From an uncultured Spirochaetota bacterium (GTDB lineage: Bacteria; Spirochaetota; Spirochaetia; Treponematales; Rectinemataceae): a stretch of 64,000 bases of DNA. The DNA is taken from positions 36,961 to 100,960 of the forward strand of contig CAIJMU010000016.1 of assembly GCA_903821875.1 (NCBI GenBank), written 5' to 3'. The translations under genes were made by a program, and so were the position numbers. A model generated the notes under the pieces. That model was not told the DNA's origin. It worked only from the letters and a program-made list of their open reading frames with translations, and did not search any database. Shown here one piece after another: positions 1 through 8,476 of the stretch (its first letter is position 1; every line of letters begins with the position of its first letter).

Positions 1-931
1 CGGTCTGCAGGAAGTCCGCCAGTACGCGGTTGCGGTTGGTCGATACGAGGAAATTCCCGATCGGCAGCCCCATGCGCCGGGCGTACCAGGCGGCCAGGAC
101 GTTGCCGAAGTTGCCCGAGGGCACAGCCACGTCCATAAGGCCCGAGGGCCCCAGGAGCCCAGCCGCCCCAAGCTCCCGAAAAGAATGTACGTAGTAGGAT
201 ATCTGGGGAATGAGCCTGCCCACGTTGATGGAATTCGCAGAGCAGGGGGAGTAGCCTGCGGCAGCGAAGCGCGCGCGGGCGGCGGGATCGACGAGGAGCT
301 TCTTGGCGATGCGCTGGGCGTCGTCGAAGGTGCCCTTCACGCCGAGCACCAGGGAGTCGGGCGAGTCGCGCGTCGTCATCTGGAGGCGCTGGACCTCGCT
401 CACTCCCTCGGAGGGATAGATGACAACCACGCGCACTCCGGGCAGGCCCTCGAGGCCGGAGAGGGCCGCGGAACCGGTATCACCTGAGGTAGCTACAATT
501 ACGATGAGTTTCTCGCGCTGGCCGGAAACCTCCCTCGCCAGCGACAGGAGGGAACCAAAGAGGGTGAGGGCAATGTCCTTGAAGGCGAGGGTGGGGCCGT
601 GGAAGAGCTCAAGGACGTGGAGGCCCCCCGCGTGGACGAGGGGCGCGACTGCCTCCGTGTCGAAGAGGGATGCCGCGCGTTCCACGGACACGCGGAGGGC
701 GGCTTCGGGCAGGCTTGAAAAGAAAGGCCTAATTACTCTGAACATCAGTTCCGGAAAGGCCATGGGGCCTTTCCGGAGGAGCTCGGGGTCGAGATGCGGG
801 ATCTCCACGGGAACGTAGAGACCCCCGTCTGGCGCGAGCCCCGCGAGGAGGGCGGTCGCGGCATCCACAGGAGGCAGGCCGCTGCCGGCATCGGAAGCGG
901 TCCGCGTGCTCCTGTAGGAAAGCGGGATCAG
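1..931 (-). CDS. thrC: Threonine synthase (partial; C-terminus runs off the window start)
   Basis: Reverse-strand translation reads LIPLSYRSTR...GLAPDGGLYVP...LFHGPTLAFKD (PLP-Lys motif)...VPSGNFGNVLAAWYARRMGLPI. No ATG/GTG/TTG lies near the conserved N-terminus. CTG at 929-931 overlaps the ferritin stop (CTGA), so the start coordinate is uncertain. Confidence 0.85.
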   Translation of the reverse strand, partial: MIPLSYRSTRTASDAGSGLPPVDAATALLAGLAPDGGLYVPVEIPHLDPELLRKGPMAFPELMFRVIRPFFSSLPEAALRVSVERAASLFDTEAVAPLVHAGGLHVLELFHGPTLAFKDIALTLFGSLLSLAREVSGQREKLIVIVATSGDTGSAALSGLEGLPGVRVVVIYPSEGVSEVQRLQMTTRDSPDSLVLGVKGTFDDAQRIAKKLLVDPAARARFAAAGYSPCSANSINVGRLIPQISYYVHSFRELGAAGLLGPSGLMDVAVPSGNFGNVLAAWYARRMGLPIGNFLVSTNRNRVLADFLQT

Positions 932-1458
932 TGGGCGCCCTCTACTTCGAGGAAGCTGGTGGCAACCTCGGGAACGCGCTTTCCAAGTTCGATGTTGAGG
1001 AGGAAGAGGGCCTGCGAAGAGCCGCCGAGGAGGTCGAGGTTCTGGAGGATCTCGGAGGCGTTTTTCTCCTCCTCGACCTGCTCGCCGACATACCACTGGA
1101 CGAAGATCTCGGTGGCGTAGTCGTTCTCGGCCTTGGCCATGGCGAGCAACTCGACAATGCTCTTCGTTACTCCCTTTTCGTGCTCAAGGACCTTCTGGAA
1201 GAGTTCCTTGAAATCGCTGGTCTTGACCTCGGGGGCAGGAAGGGTCTTGAGCTCCACGGAGGCTCCCTGGTCGAGGAGGTAGCCGTAGAACTTCATGGCA
1301 TGGAACATTTCTTCGTGATACTGGGAAAGGAGCCACTTGGCCGCTCCGTGGTAGCCCTTTTCCGCCATCTTGGCGGACATCCCGAGGTAGAGATAGGCCG
1401 AGGCCATCTCGCGGTTGATCTGCTCGTTGATCCTGTCGGCTATTTTCCTGGAAATCAT
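928..1458 (-). CDS. ftn: Non-haem ferritin
   Basis: 176-aa ORF with a ferritin-like four-helix pattern (EMASAYLYLGMS...HEEMFHAMKFY...LEHEKGVT...QWYVGEQVEEE). Confidence 0.85.
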   Translation of the reverse strand: MISRKIADRINEQINREMASAYLYLGMSAKMAEKGYHGAAKWLLSQYHEEMFHAMKFYGYLLDQGASVELKTLPAPEVKTSDFKELFQKVLEHEKGVTKSIVELLAMAKAENDYATEIFVQWYVGEQVEEEKNASEILQNLDLLGGSSQALFLLNIELGKRVPEVATSFLEVEGAH

Positions 1459-1529
1459 GCTAAGCCTCCCATGGCTGCTCTGTCTGACTTCAGGTCAAAG
1501 TACTGATGGATCCTGCAAAGACCCAAGTC

Positions 1530-2393
1530 TCAGCCCCCGGGAATCCAGCTGGAGATATATGAAAAATTCGGCTTGAGTCCGACAGGATCGTGCTCAAGCC
1601 GCCGCCAGGATCCTAGCATTTCCTGCGCGCGCGCCGCTACCTCGAAATGACGCATGGCAATGCCCATGTCGATGTTCTGGATATGGATCTCGCCGAGGGC
1701 TGAATTGTAGAGCCGGTCCTCCTCGAGGTGGAGGTGGAATGTTGAGCCAGCCCGGTCGCGCAGGATGCGCCAGGGCTGCTTGTTGGAGGCCGAGGGTCCC
1801 AGCCGCACCGCTTCGAGGAGCCCTGAATCACGGGCGCTGATCGCAAGCGGCCTGTCGAAATCGCTGTCGAAGAAAAGTTCCGAGGCGGGCTTCCTGGAAT
1901 CCCCTCGGGCAGCCACGCGGGTGAGGCGGTCGGGGACAGTGCGGCGCTTTGCTTCCTTGCCAATGGCCAGGACTGCGGGCATAAGCTCGTCCGAGCCGAG
2001 TCCGAGGGCGGCAGCGGCGGCGCTCCGGTCGAAGAGACCGCCGATCCAGCAGCTGCCGAGCCCGAGTTCAGCGAGCCTGAGCACGAGGCCCTCCATCGCG
2101 TAGCCGAAGTCCTCGAGGGCGCGCGGCCCCCTCGCAACGGCTCCGACCACAAAGGCGGGTACCCGGGATATCAGGCCGTAGGTCCCGATCCGGCCCTCCC
2201 GGATTTTTGGGTCGTCCTTGGAGCCGATGAGGCCCGAGGCTACAAGGAGGAATCTCGGCGAGCTGCCGAAGGGGGCGGGAAGGCACTCGTCAAAGGCCTT
2301 CTCGATGGCGAGGCTGTCGGCGGGGGACAGGGGAAGACCGTCGAAGCTCCGGATGGAGCGCCGTGTCCTTATGGAATCGTAGCTGAGATTCAT
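1530..2393 (-). CDS. Nitroreductase family protein
   Basis: 287-aa ORF with RRSIRSF near the N-terminus and SASNKQPWR. AAGGA RBS lies upstream of the ATG, 16 nt after the tag stop. Confidence 0.75.
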   Translation of the reverse strand: MNLSYDSIRTRRSIRSFDGLPLSPADSLAIEKAFDECLPAPFGSSPRFLLVASGLIGSKDDPKIREGRIGTYGLISRVPAFVVGAVARGPRALEDFGYAMEGLVLRLAELGLGSCWIGGLFDRSAAAAALGLGSDELMPAVLAIGKEAKRRTVPDRLTRVAARGDSRKPASELFFDSDFDRPLAISARDSGLLEAVRLGPSASNKQPWRILRDRAGSTFHLHLEEDRLYNSALGEIHIQNIDMGIAMRHFEVAARAQEMLGSWRRLEHDPVGLKPNFSYISSWIPGG

Positions 2394-2409
2394 GGAGTTC
2401 CTTGTGCTG

Positions 2410-3000
2410 TCAGAGTGTGGGACTGGCTGTGGCCGATGTCGTGGCGAGTTCAGAAAAGCGGAAACAGGAGGCGAGGTGATCGTTTACCACCCCGATAGCC
2501 TGGAGGTGGGCATAGATAGTGGTCGAGCCCACAAAGGAAAAGCCGCGGCGCTTGAGCTCCTTGGCGAGGGAGTCCGAGAGGGGTGAGGTTGCTGGGATGT
2601 CGGCGAGGGTCTGTGGCGCGTTGACCAGGGGATGCCCGCCGGCAAAGTTCCAGATCCAGCGGTCAAAGCTGCCGGCCTCCTCTTGAATGGCGAGGAAGGC
2701 CTTGGCGTTGCTGATGGAAGCTTCGATCTTGCGACGGTTTTTTATGATTCCTGGGTTTCCCATGAGTTTTTCGACCTGGGCCTGCCCGAAACGGGCGACT
2801 TTTCCGGGGTCGAAGCCGGCGAAGGCTTCGCGGTAGGCTTCGCGCTTCCTCAAGATAGTAATCCAGGAGAGCCCCGCCTGCTGCGTTTCGAGGAGGAGGA
2901 ACTCGAAGTGCTTGTCCTCGTCATGGAGGGGGCTGCCCCACTCCTCGTCGTGATACCGGACATAGAGCGGGTCCGTTCCGCACCAGGGGCAGCGATTCAT
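2410..3000 (-). CDS. tag: DNA-3-methyladenine glycosylase I
   Basis: MNRCPWCGTDPLYVRYHDEEWGSP...LLLETQQAGLSWITIL is the typical Tag N-terminus. Start placed at the internal ATG (3000), because the longer TTG-started ORF would overlap the upstream lipoprotein gene. Confidence 0.85.
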   Translation of the reverse strand: MNRCPWCGTDPLYVRYHDEEWGSPLHDEDKHFEFLLLETQQAGLSWITILRKREAYREAFAGFDPGKVARFGQAQVEKLMGNPGIIKNRRKIEASISNAKAFLAIQEEAGSFDRWIWNFAGGHPLVNAPQTLADIPATSPLSDSLAKELKRRGFSFVGSTTIYAHLQAIGVVNDHLASCFRFSELATTSATASPTL

Positions 3001-3067
3001 GGCGGAAAGATAGTCAGAGGGAGGAGGCTTCGGCAATGGGGGAGCTGCTTTCGGCAATGGGCCAGGC

Positions 3068-4813
3068 TTACAGGCGCGTGTGCACAAGGAGGCCCGAGCC
3101 CACTGACCAGGCGCTCATCGACTCGAACTCCATCGAGGCGACAAAGCCCAGGGCCAGTGGAATTTCCCGTGCATGCCACCTGAGTTCGAGGCCAGCCTCG
3201 ACGGGAAGTGCTAGCCTGAAAGCCCTGTCGAAGCTGGTCGAGCGGAGGGCGGCGGAGAGGCCAAGGCGGAAGTCACCCAGAGGCGCTTCCACGCCGCCAC
3301 GGAGGTAGCCCCAGGCGTAGAAACCCGGCACCCTCGCTGGCACATAGCCCGGATAGAAAGCAGAAACCTCGAGTTCCGGCGCGATCATCGCGCGGATCAG
3401 GCCGTCGCTCCACTCCAGGGGGAGGGTGAGGGAGAGCCCCGGAAAGCGGGTGGGACCGTCCCAGGGGCTTGGCCAGTCGCCAGCGCTGATGAAGCTGCCG
3501 TAGGTCCAGGTCCCGACGAGGGCTGCCGACAGGGACTGGCTGCGCCTACTGCTGAGCGGCAGCTCCACCGAAAGGCTCGTTGCGTAGCTGTCGCTCGACA
3601 CCGTCTGGCTCGCGCCTGGGTGGAAGATGCCCGCCACCGAGAAGTCCAACTCGAGGGAACGCGTTTCGTCGAGTCCGTCCATCGGAATGCCGATGCGCAG
3701 CCCCGCCTGGGAGATGAGGCGGCCGGACACTGCGCTGCCCGAGCCGGGATCCAGATGGCCGATCATGCCGACCGTAAACTCAGGATGGCCGCTGGCCAGG
3801 CTCTGGGCGGAAGGGACGTAGAGGAGGCCGCCCATGCCCGAGGAGAGGCTGGCCAGGGGCGCCGCAGAGTGCCCCCTGGAAATTTCGATGGCAGCGGTCA
3901 TGGGGCTTGCGCCTGCGGGGGTGGCTCCCGTGGCGATGATCGGCGTGCCTTCTGAGGCGGGCTTGTATTCCGGGGCGCCGACTGCCTGTCCATCGGGGGA
4001 GCCGGCTGACAGGGTGTAGATCCCCTCGGGGAGGGGGCGGCCAAAGCCGTCGCGGCCGTCCCAGCGCCAGGACCAGGTCGGCTCTGTGACGGCTATCTCG
4101 GGCAGGCTGCGCACAATCCGTCCCGAGTCATCCCGTATTTCCAGGACGAAGGTACCAGGCGAGACAAAGGCCAGTTCGAGCGAGCTGCTTCCGAGGAAGC
4201 CGGGGTCGGAGGGGCTAAAGCTATGGGGGGAAGCCTCAATGGAGCGGAGGGCGAAGCCGATTGCCTTGTAGTTCGCCTCGTAGCGGAAGATTCCGTCTTC
4301 GGAGAGGGCGAAGCTTTCGCTCTGGTCGGCAAAACCGAAGCGGCTGAGGCGCAGCTGGTGTGAGCCCGCCGGAAGCCGAGTCACGAGGGGGGCGATGTTC
4401 GAGGGGATGGCTGCGTAGGGGATACCGTCTATCTCGACGCGCGAATCCCTGGCTATACCGGAAATGACGACAGTACCTATGGATGGAGGTGGTGGCGGCG
4501 GCGGGAGGGGGGACCAATATCCTGTCTGCTGCCTGGGCGTTCCGAAGGCCTGGGTGTACTGGGGTGGGGGAGGGGTCGAAGCTGGATTCGGAGGGCGCGG
4601 TCGTGAGGGTTCCTTGGTCTTGGCTGCTTCGGCCTTGCGGGCTTCGGCTGCCTTCGCACTGGCGGCCGCTGCGGTATTTTCGTCCTGCGAGCCGGAGCGG
4701 TAGGTCGAGCCCCTGGAGGAGGCACAGCCGACGGCGAGGGCCCCGAGCACAAGGACTGCCACGAAGGCGGCGAGGATTCTCGGAGGCCTGCCGCGGAGCT
4801 TGTGTGTTCTCAT
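3068..4813 (-). CDS. Lipoprotein with Pro/Ala-rich linker, PEGA-like and FlgD-Ig-like segments and a large C-terminal domain of unknown function
   Basis: Signal peptide plus lipobox (LGALAVGC|ASS). PEGA-like stretch VVISGIARDSRVEIDGIPY...AGSHQLRLSRFGF. FlgD-Ig-like stretch FVLEIRDDSGRIVRSL...WDGRDGFGRPLPEGIYTL. Confidence 0.6.
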   Translation of the reverse strand: MRTHKLRGRPPRILAAFVAVLVLGALAVGCASSRGSTYRSGSQDENTAAAASAKAAEARKAEAAKTKEPSRPRPPNPASTPPPPQYTQAFGTPRQQTGYWSPLPPPPPPPSIGTVVISGIARDSRVEIDGIPYAAIPSNIAPLVTRLPAGSHQLRLSRFGFADQSESFALSEDGIFRYEANYKAIGFALRSIEASPHSFSPSDPGFLGSSSLELAFVSPGTFVLEIRDDSGRIVRSLPEIAVTEPTWSWRWDGRDGFGRPLPEGIYTLSAGSPDGQAVGAPEYKPASEGTPIIATGATPAGASPMTAAIEISRGHSAAPLASLSSGMGGLLYVPSAQSLASGHPEFTVGMIGHLDPGSGSAVSGRLISQAGLRIGIPMDGLDETRSLELDFSVAGIFHPGASQTVSSDSYATSLSVELPLSSRRSQSLSAALVGTWTYGSFISAGDWPSPWDGPTRFPGLSLTLPLEWSDGLIRAMIAPELEVSAFYPGYVPARVPGFYAWGYLRGGVEAPLGDFRLGLSAALRSTSFDRAFRLALPVEAGLELRWHAREIPLALGFVASMEFESMSAWSVGSGLLVHTRL

Positions 4814-4851
4814 GTCAGGAGTATAGCGCGGCTAATCCGCTTTGCCCTCCT

Positions 4852-6189
4852 ATGCCCGCCATGCTACACCTGTGGACGATGTTCACCGAAATCGCGCTGA
4901 TGCTCGCCCTGGTCCTGGCCAACGGCTTTTTCTCGCTGGCGGAGATGGCCGTCGTCTCCTCCCGCAAGGCGCGGCTGCGGAGCGAGGCCGAACAGGGCAA
5001 GCGCGCCTACGCCCTCGTCCTCGCCACCGCCGAAAATCCCTCGCGATTCCTTTCCACCATCCAGATCGTCATCACCCTCGTCGGGACCTCCACGGGGGCC
5101 ATAGGCGGAGCCACCGTCGCCCAGGGCCTCGAGGGATTCCTTTTGCGGGTGCCCGCCCTCGCGGCCGCCGCCGGACCGCTGTCGCTCGGTATCGTCGTAA
5201 TTGTGACGACCTTCATCACGGTCGTGATCGGCGAGCTGGTGCCCAAGACCCTCGCCCTCTCGCGGCCGGAGACCATCGCCGCTGCGGTGATCCATCCCAT
5301 CCGCGGCTTCGCCATCGCCTTTTCACCCCTGGCCCGCCTCCTGTCGGCCATCACCAATCTCATCGTCGGGCTCATGGGCATCCATTCCAATCCCGAACCC
5401 TCGGTCACCGAGGACGAGGTGAAGGTCCTCATTGCGCTGGGAGCCGAGGCGGGAGTCTTCGAGGACCGCGAACGCGAGATGGTGGAGGGCGTGCTCGCCC
5501 TCGGCGACCTCCGCGTCACCTCGCTGATGACTCCGCGCACCGAGGTCGAGGCCATCGACGCGGGCGAGGACCCAGGCTCGATCCGCGCCCGCGTCCTCGC
5601 CTGCTCGCGCTACGCCTATCTCCCGGTTTTCGAGGGGGACCTGGACGACGTCATCGGCCTCCTCCCTGTCAAGGAAACCCTCGCCGCCATCGTGGGAGGT
5701 TCCTTTGCCGGACTCGGCCCCCTCCTTCACAAGCCTGTGATGATCCCCGAGACCATGACAGCCCTCAAGGCCTTTGCAGCCATCAAGGAAAGTGGCGTCA
5801 AGACTGCCCTCATCCTCGACGAGTACGGCGGAGTGACCGGGCTTGTCGCCCTTGCCGACCTTATGGAAGCCGTTGTCGGGGACATACCCCAGACCGGCGA
5901 CGCCGACGAGCCCGAGATGACGCGTCGCGAGGACGGCTCCTGGCTTGTGGACGGCTCCCTTTCCATCGACGACTTCGTCGATGTCCTCGGCCTCGAGGGG
6001 ATACCCGGGGAGGGAGAATACGAGACGGTCGCAGGACTTGTACTCCATGTCATGGGCGTCATCCCGCGTCCGGGGGACAAATGTTCCTGGAAGGGCTGCA
6101 GTATCGAGATAGTCGACATGGACGGGAACCGCATCGACAAGCTCATCGTGACACCCGCGCCTGCGCCGGCCAACGGCGCCGACATCTAG
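4852..6189 (+). CDS. Hemolysin/CorC (CNNM) family protein: DUF21 membrane domain, CBS pair and CorC_HlyC domain
   Basis: NGFFSLAEMAVVSSRKARL (DUF21), then a CBS-pair region and a C-terminal transporter-associated domain. Start chosen at ATG 4852 (4861 and 4879 are alternatives). The upstream part of the 568-aa ORF is a low-complexity read-through. Confidence 0.8.
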   Translation: MPAMLHLWTMFTEIALMLALVLANGFFSLAEMAVVSSRKARLRSEAEQGKRAYALVLATAENPSRFLSTIQIVITLVGTSTGAIGGATVAQGLEGFLLRVPALAAAAGPLSLGIVVIVTTFITVVIGELVPKTLALSRPETIAAAVIHPIRGFAIAFSPLARLLSAITNLIVGLMGIHSNPEPSVTEDEVKVLIALGAEAGVFEDREREMVEGVLALGDLRVTSLMTPRTEVEAIDAGEDPGSIRARVLACSRYAYLPVFEGDLDDVIGLLPVKETLAAIVGGSFAGLGPLLHKPVMIPETMTALKAFAAIKESGVKTALILDEYGGVTGLVALADLMEAVVGDIPQTGDADEPEMTRREDGSWLVDGSLSIDDFVDVLGLEGIPGEGEYETVAGLVLHVMGVIPRPGDKCSWKGCSIEIVDMDGNRIDKLIVTPAPAPANGADI

Positions 6190-6250
6190 GGCCGGGGAAA
6201 GGACTACCATCATCAAGAAGCAGCTTCAGTTACTCGCCCTCCTGTCTGTC

Positions 6251-6814
6251 GTGGCAGCGCTCTCACTCGGATGCTCAGGGCCTTCCTGGGTATCGATCGA
6301 CCAGGGCGGCCGGAGCTTCGTCCCCTCCTCCGACACCACCGTACGCGCTGCCCTCGAGGCCAGGCCCTTCTCCATCCACGCCCTCGTCAAGCCCTACGAC
6401 GAGGCAGGCAGGCGCTTCTATGGCATCAAGATCCTGGCGGGAACCCTGGCGAGCGTCCAGTTCCTCGCCCACGTCGGCGACAGGACCGATTCCGAGGGAC
6501 CCTTTGGCCCGGGAATGGGCATGGCGGTCGACCCCTCCTCGCGTACGCTCTACCTGGGCGAAGGTGGGTTCAATTACCTCTATTACATCGATGGAGGCAC
6601 GGAGGCCCAGAGCCTGAAGCTCGTCGCGGCGAAGGGGGAATCCCGCGACGTCATGGCCACCTTCATCTCTCTGGCCCAGGGAGGGACGACGGAGCCGGTC
6701 GAATCCTGGGGCGGCAAGGAACTCTTTCTGCTCATGTTCTACGATGCCGACCTCGACGACACCATCGATCCCGGGGAGCTTGTCAGGGCGAGGCTCCGCT
6801 TCGGGAAGGGCTGA
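6251..6814 (+). CDS. Putative lipoprotein, unknown function (true start probably upstream of 6251)
   Basis: Lipobox LSLGC|SG lies directly after GTG 6251. The in-frame upstream sequence IIKKQLQLLALLSVVAALSLGCSG is a complete signal peptide with no ATG/GTG/TTG. Confidence 0.55.
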   Translation: MAALSLGCSGPSWVSIDQGGRSFVPSSDTTVRAALEARPFSIHALVKPYDEAGRRFYGIKILAGTLASVQFLAHVGDRTDSEGPFGPGMGMAVDPSSRTLYLGEGGFNYLYYIDGGTEAQSLKLVAAKGESRDVMATFISLAQGGTTEPVESWGGKELFLLMFYDADLDDTIDPGELVRARLRFGKG

Positions 6815-7496
6815 GGGGGGCCTGCTCCTCCGCTTCTCCGCCTTTCGGGCCTCGAGGCAGCAAGTGGTCGATGCCCGTGAACAAGAGACCAAGTATGATG
6901 AAACCGCAGGCCAGCACGGCCGCCCAGGCTCCCACTGCGGCGAGGGAGCCGACCCCGCCCGGCTTTGGAAGTGGACTCACGAAGTAATAGGGATAGAATC
7001 CGTCAATCTGGCCCCTGAGCAGGCAGAATACGCAGTACGCCAGGGGATAGGAGATCCAGAGGCCGAGTTCGCCTATCTTGTAGCTTCCCTTCGGCTCGAG
7101 GAAAAGCCAGATGAGGAAGGATCCGATGGGCACTACGTAATGGGCGAGCAAGTTGGCCGCTCCCAGGGCGCCTTCCGGGTGGTAGATCGCCGACAACAGG
7201 AAATGGAAGGCCAGGCCTGTCATGACGATCCAGACCCTCGCGCAGCGCTCGAGCGCCGCAAGGGCCTTTCCGGGCTGCCTTCCCGCCAACGCGCCGAAGC
7301 CGGTGAATATAAAAACAATTGCTATAATCAGGTTGCTCTGCTCGGTGAAGTAGGACGCCAGGGTGATGCTCCCCCTTACTCCATTCCAGAAGGCAAAGTC
7401 CAGGAAAATGCCTGTGAGGGCACCGGCAGCCACAAGCAGCTTTGCGCTGCCGCGCCAGATCCGGAGCCTGTCCCCGTCTTTGTCATGTTCGCCCAT
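6783..7496 (-). CDS. Pr6Pr family membrane protein
   Basis: Multi-TM protein with the YFTEQSN signature. Start set at ATG 7496, preceded by GGAGGACAAA. The 3' end overlaps the convergent 6251-6814 gene by 32 nt. Confidence 0.65.
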   Translation of the reverse strand: MGEHDKDGDRLRIWRGSAKLLVAAGALTGIFLDFAFWNGVRGSITLASYFTEQSNLIIAIVFIFTGFGALAGRQPGKALAALERCARVWIVMTGLAFHFLLSAIYHPEGALGAANLLAHYVVPIGSFLIWLFLEPKGSYKIGELGLWISYPLAYCVFCLLRGQIDGFYPYYFVSPLPKPGGVGSLAAVGAWAAVLACGFIILGLLFTGIDHLLPRGPKGGEAEEQAPLSPSRSGASP

Positions 7497-7653
7497 TTTG
7501 TCCTCCGAAGCCAAGCTTAGCCGCGCAGCCTGACGAATGCAAACGAGGGGAAATACCCAATTTCAGAGAGGGCTACCCCGGGGGTGGGCCGATCACCCCT
7601 GCATTCATTGACAAGAGGAAGACAAGGCATGATCTTCAGAGGCAGGGGGAAAC

Positions 7654-8385
7654 ATGAAGGAAATCAAGTCGGCACTGGTAGTCGCGGCGGCTCTGGTGCT
7701 GGTGGCAGTCATCGTCAGCCTCACGTATTTCAACCGAGCCAAGGCCGACGACATGCTGAGCGTGACGGGGATGGGCAGCATCGACTTCTCCTCCGACATC
7801 GTTACCTGGCAGGCCTTTTTCCAGAGCGAGGCGAGGGAGCTCGCCCCCGCCTACGCAAGGCTCAAGGAAAACAGGGTGGCCCTCGAGGACTTCCTCAAGG
7901 AAAAACGCATCGGGAGCCCGGACTATGTCTTCCAGCCGGTTACCATCGAAAAGCAGTACCAGGACATATTCAACAGCGAGGGCAAGCAGGTCGGGCAGAG
8001 CTTTACCGGCTACCTCCTGACGCAGACCATCAGGGTCCAGTCCCGGGATCTTGACGCTGTTGCCGTAGCCGCGCGCGAGGTGACCGACCTCATCCAGAAG
8101 GGCTACACCGTCCAGTCTGAAAGCCCGCAGTATTTCTTTTCGGCCCTCGCCGACCTCAAGCTCAAGCTGATCGCCACCGCCTCGCAGGACGCCAGGAACC
8201 GGGCGCTTCAGATTGCGCGGAACGTCGGTGGCAGCCTTGGCAAGGTACGCTGGTCGAGCATGGGGGTGATCCAGATCGTCGGCGAGAACTCCCCTGTCGA
8301 CGACAGCTGGCAGGGAAGCTACGACACGGGTTCGAGGAAGAAGACCGCCACCGTGACGATCAAGGCGCAGTACGAGCTGAGGTAG
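7654..8385 (+). CDS. SIMPL (DUF541) domain protein with N-terminal membrane anchor
   Basis: 243-aa ORF with an N-terminal TM helix, then an LSVTGMG...QYELR layout typical of SIMPL/DUF541 proteins. Confidence 0.65.
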   Translation: MKEIKSALVVAAALVLVAVIVSLTYFNRAKADDMLSVTGMGSIDFSSDIVTWQAFFQSEARELAPAYARLKENRVALEDFLKEKRIGSPDYVFQPVTIEKQYQDIFNSEGKQVGQSFTGYLLTQTIRVQSRDLDAVAVAAREVTDLIQKGYTVQSESPQYFFSALADLKLKLIATASQDARNRALQIARNVGGSLGKVRWSSMGVIQIVGENSPVDDSWQGSYDTGSRKKTATVTIKAQYELR

Positions 8386-8476
8386 TCACCTCAATAGAGG
8401 CAGCGGAAGAGGCCCATGCACCACAGGCAGGCAGCGCAGGGCTCTTCGTTGATGTGACAGTCCTGGGTGAAATCTT

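Noticed and set aside
1094-1096. In-frame GTG that could serve as a canonical start for thrC.
   Set aside because: It would add about 55 non-conserved residues and overlap the ferritin gene by about 170 nt. The conserved ThrC N-terminus begins right at the ferritin stop.
4483-4851. Upstream extension of the CorC/CNNM-family ORF (568-aa version). Analogous N-terminal extensions occur at 2410-3087, 15777-16772, 17597-18532, 19730-20629, 23030, 23619, 27451, 31731, 32703, 34979, 45270-46319, 52281, 60557 and 61146.
   Set aside because: The extensions overlap neighbouring genes or consist of low-complexity sequence. Internal starts with RBS-like sequences coincide with the beginning of the conserved domains.
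7515-7653. The 139-nt divergent intergenic region, checked for a riboswitch or small RNA.
   Set aside because: I recognised no conserved riboswitch core, terminator or convincing hairpin. It most likely holds only two divergent promoters.
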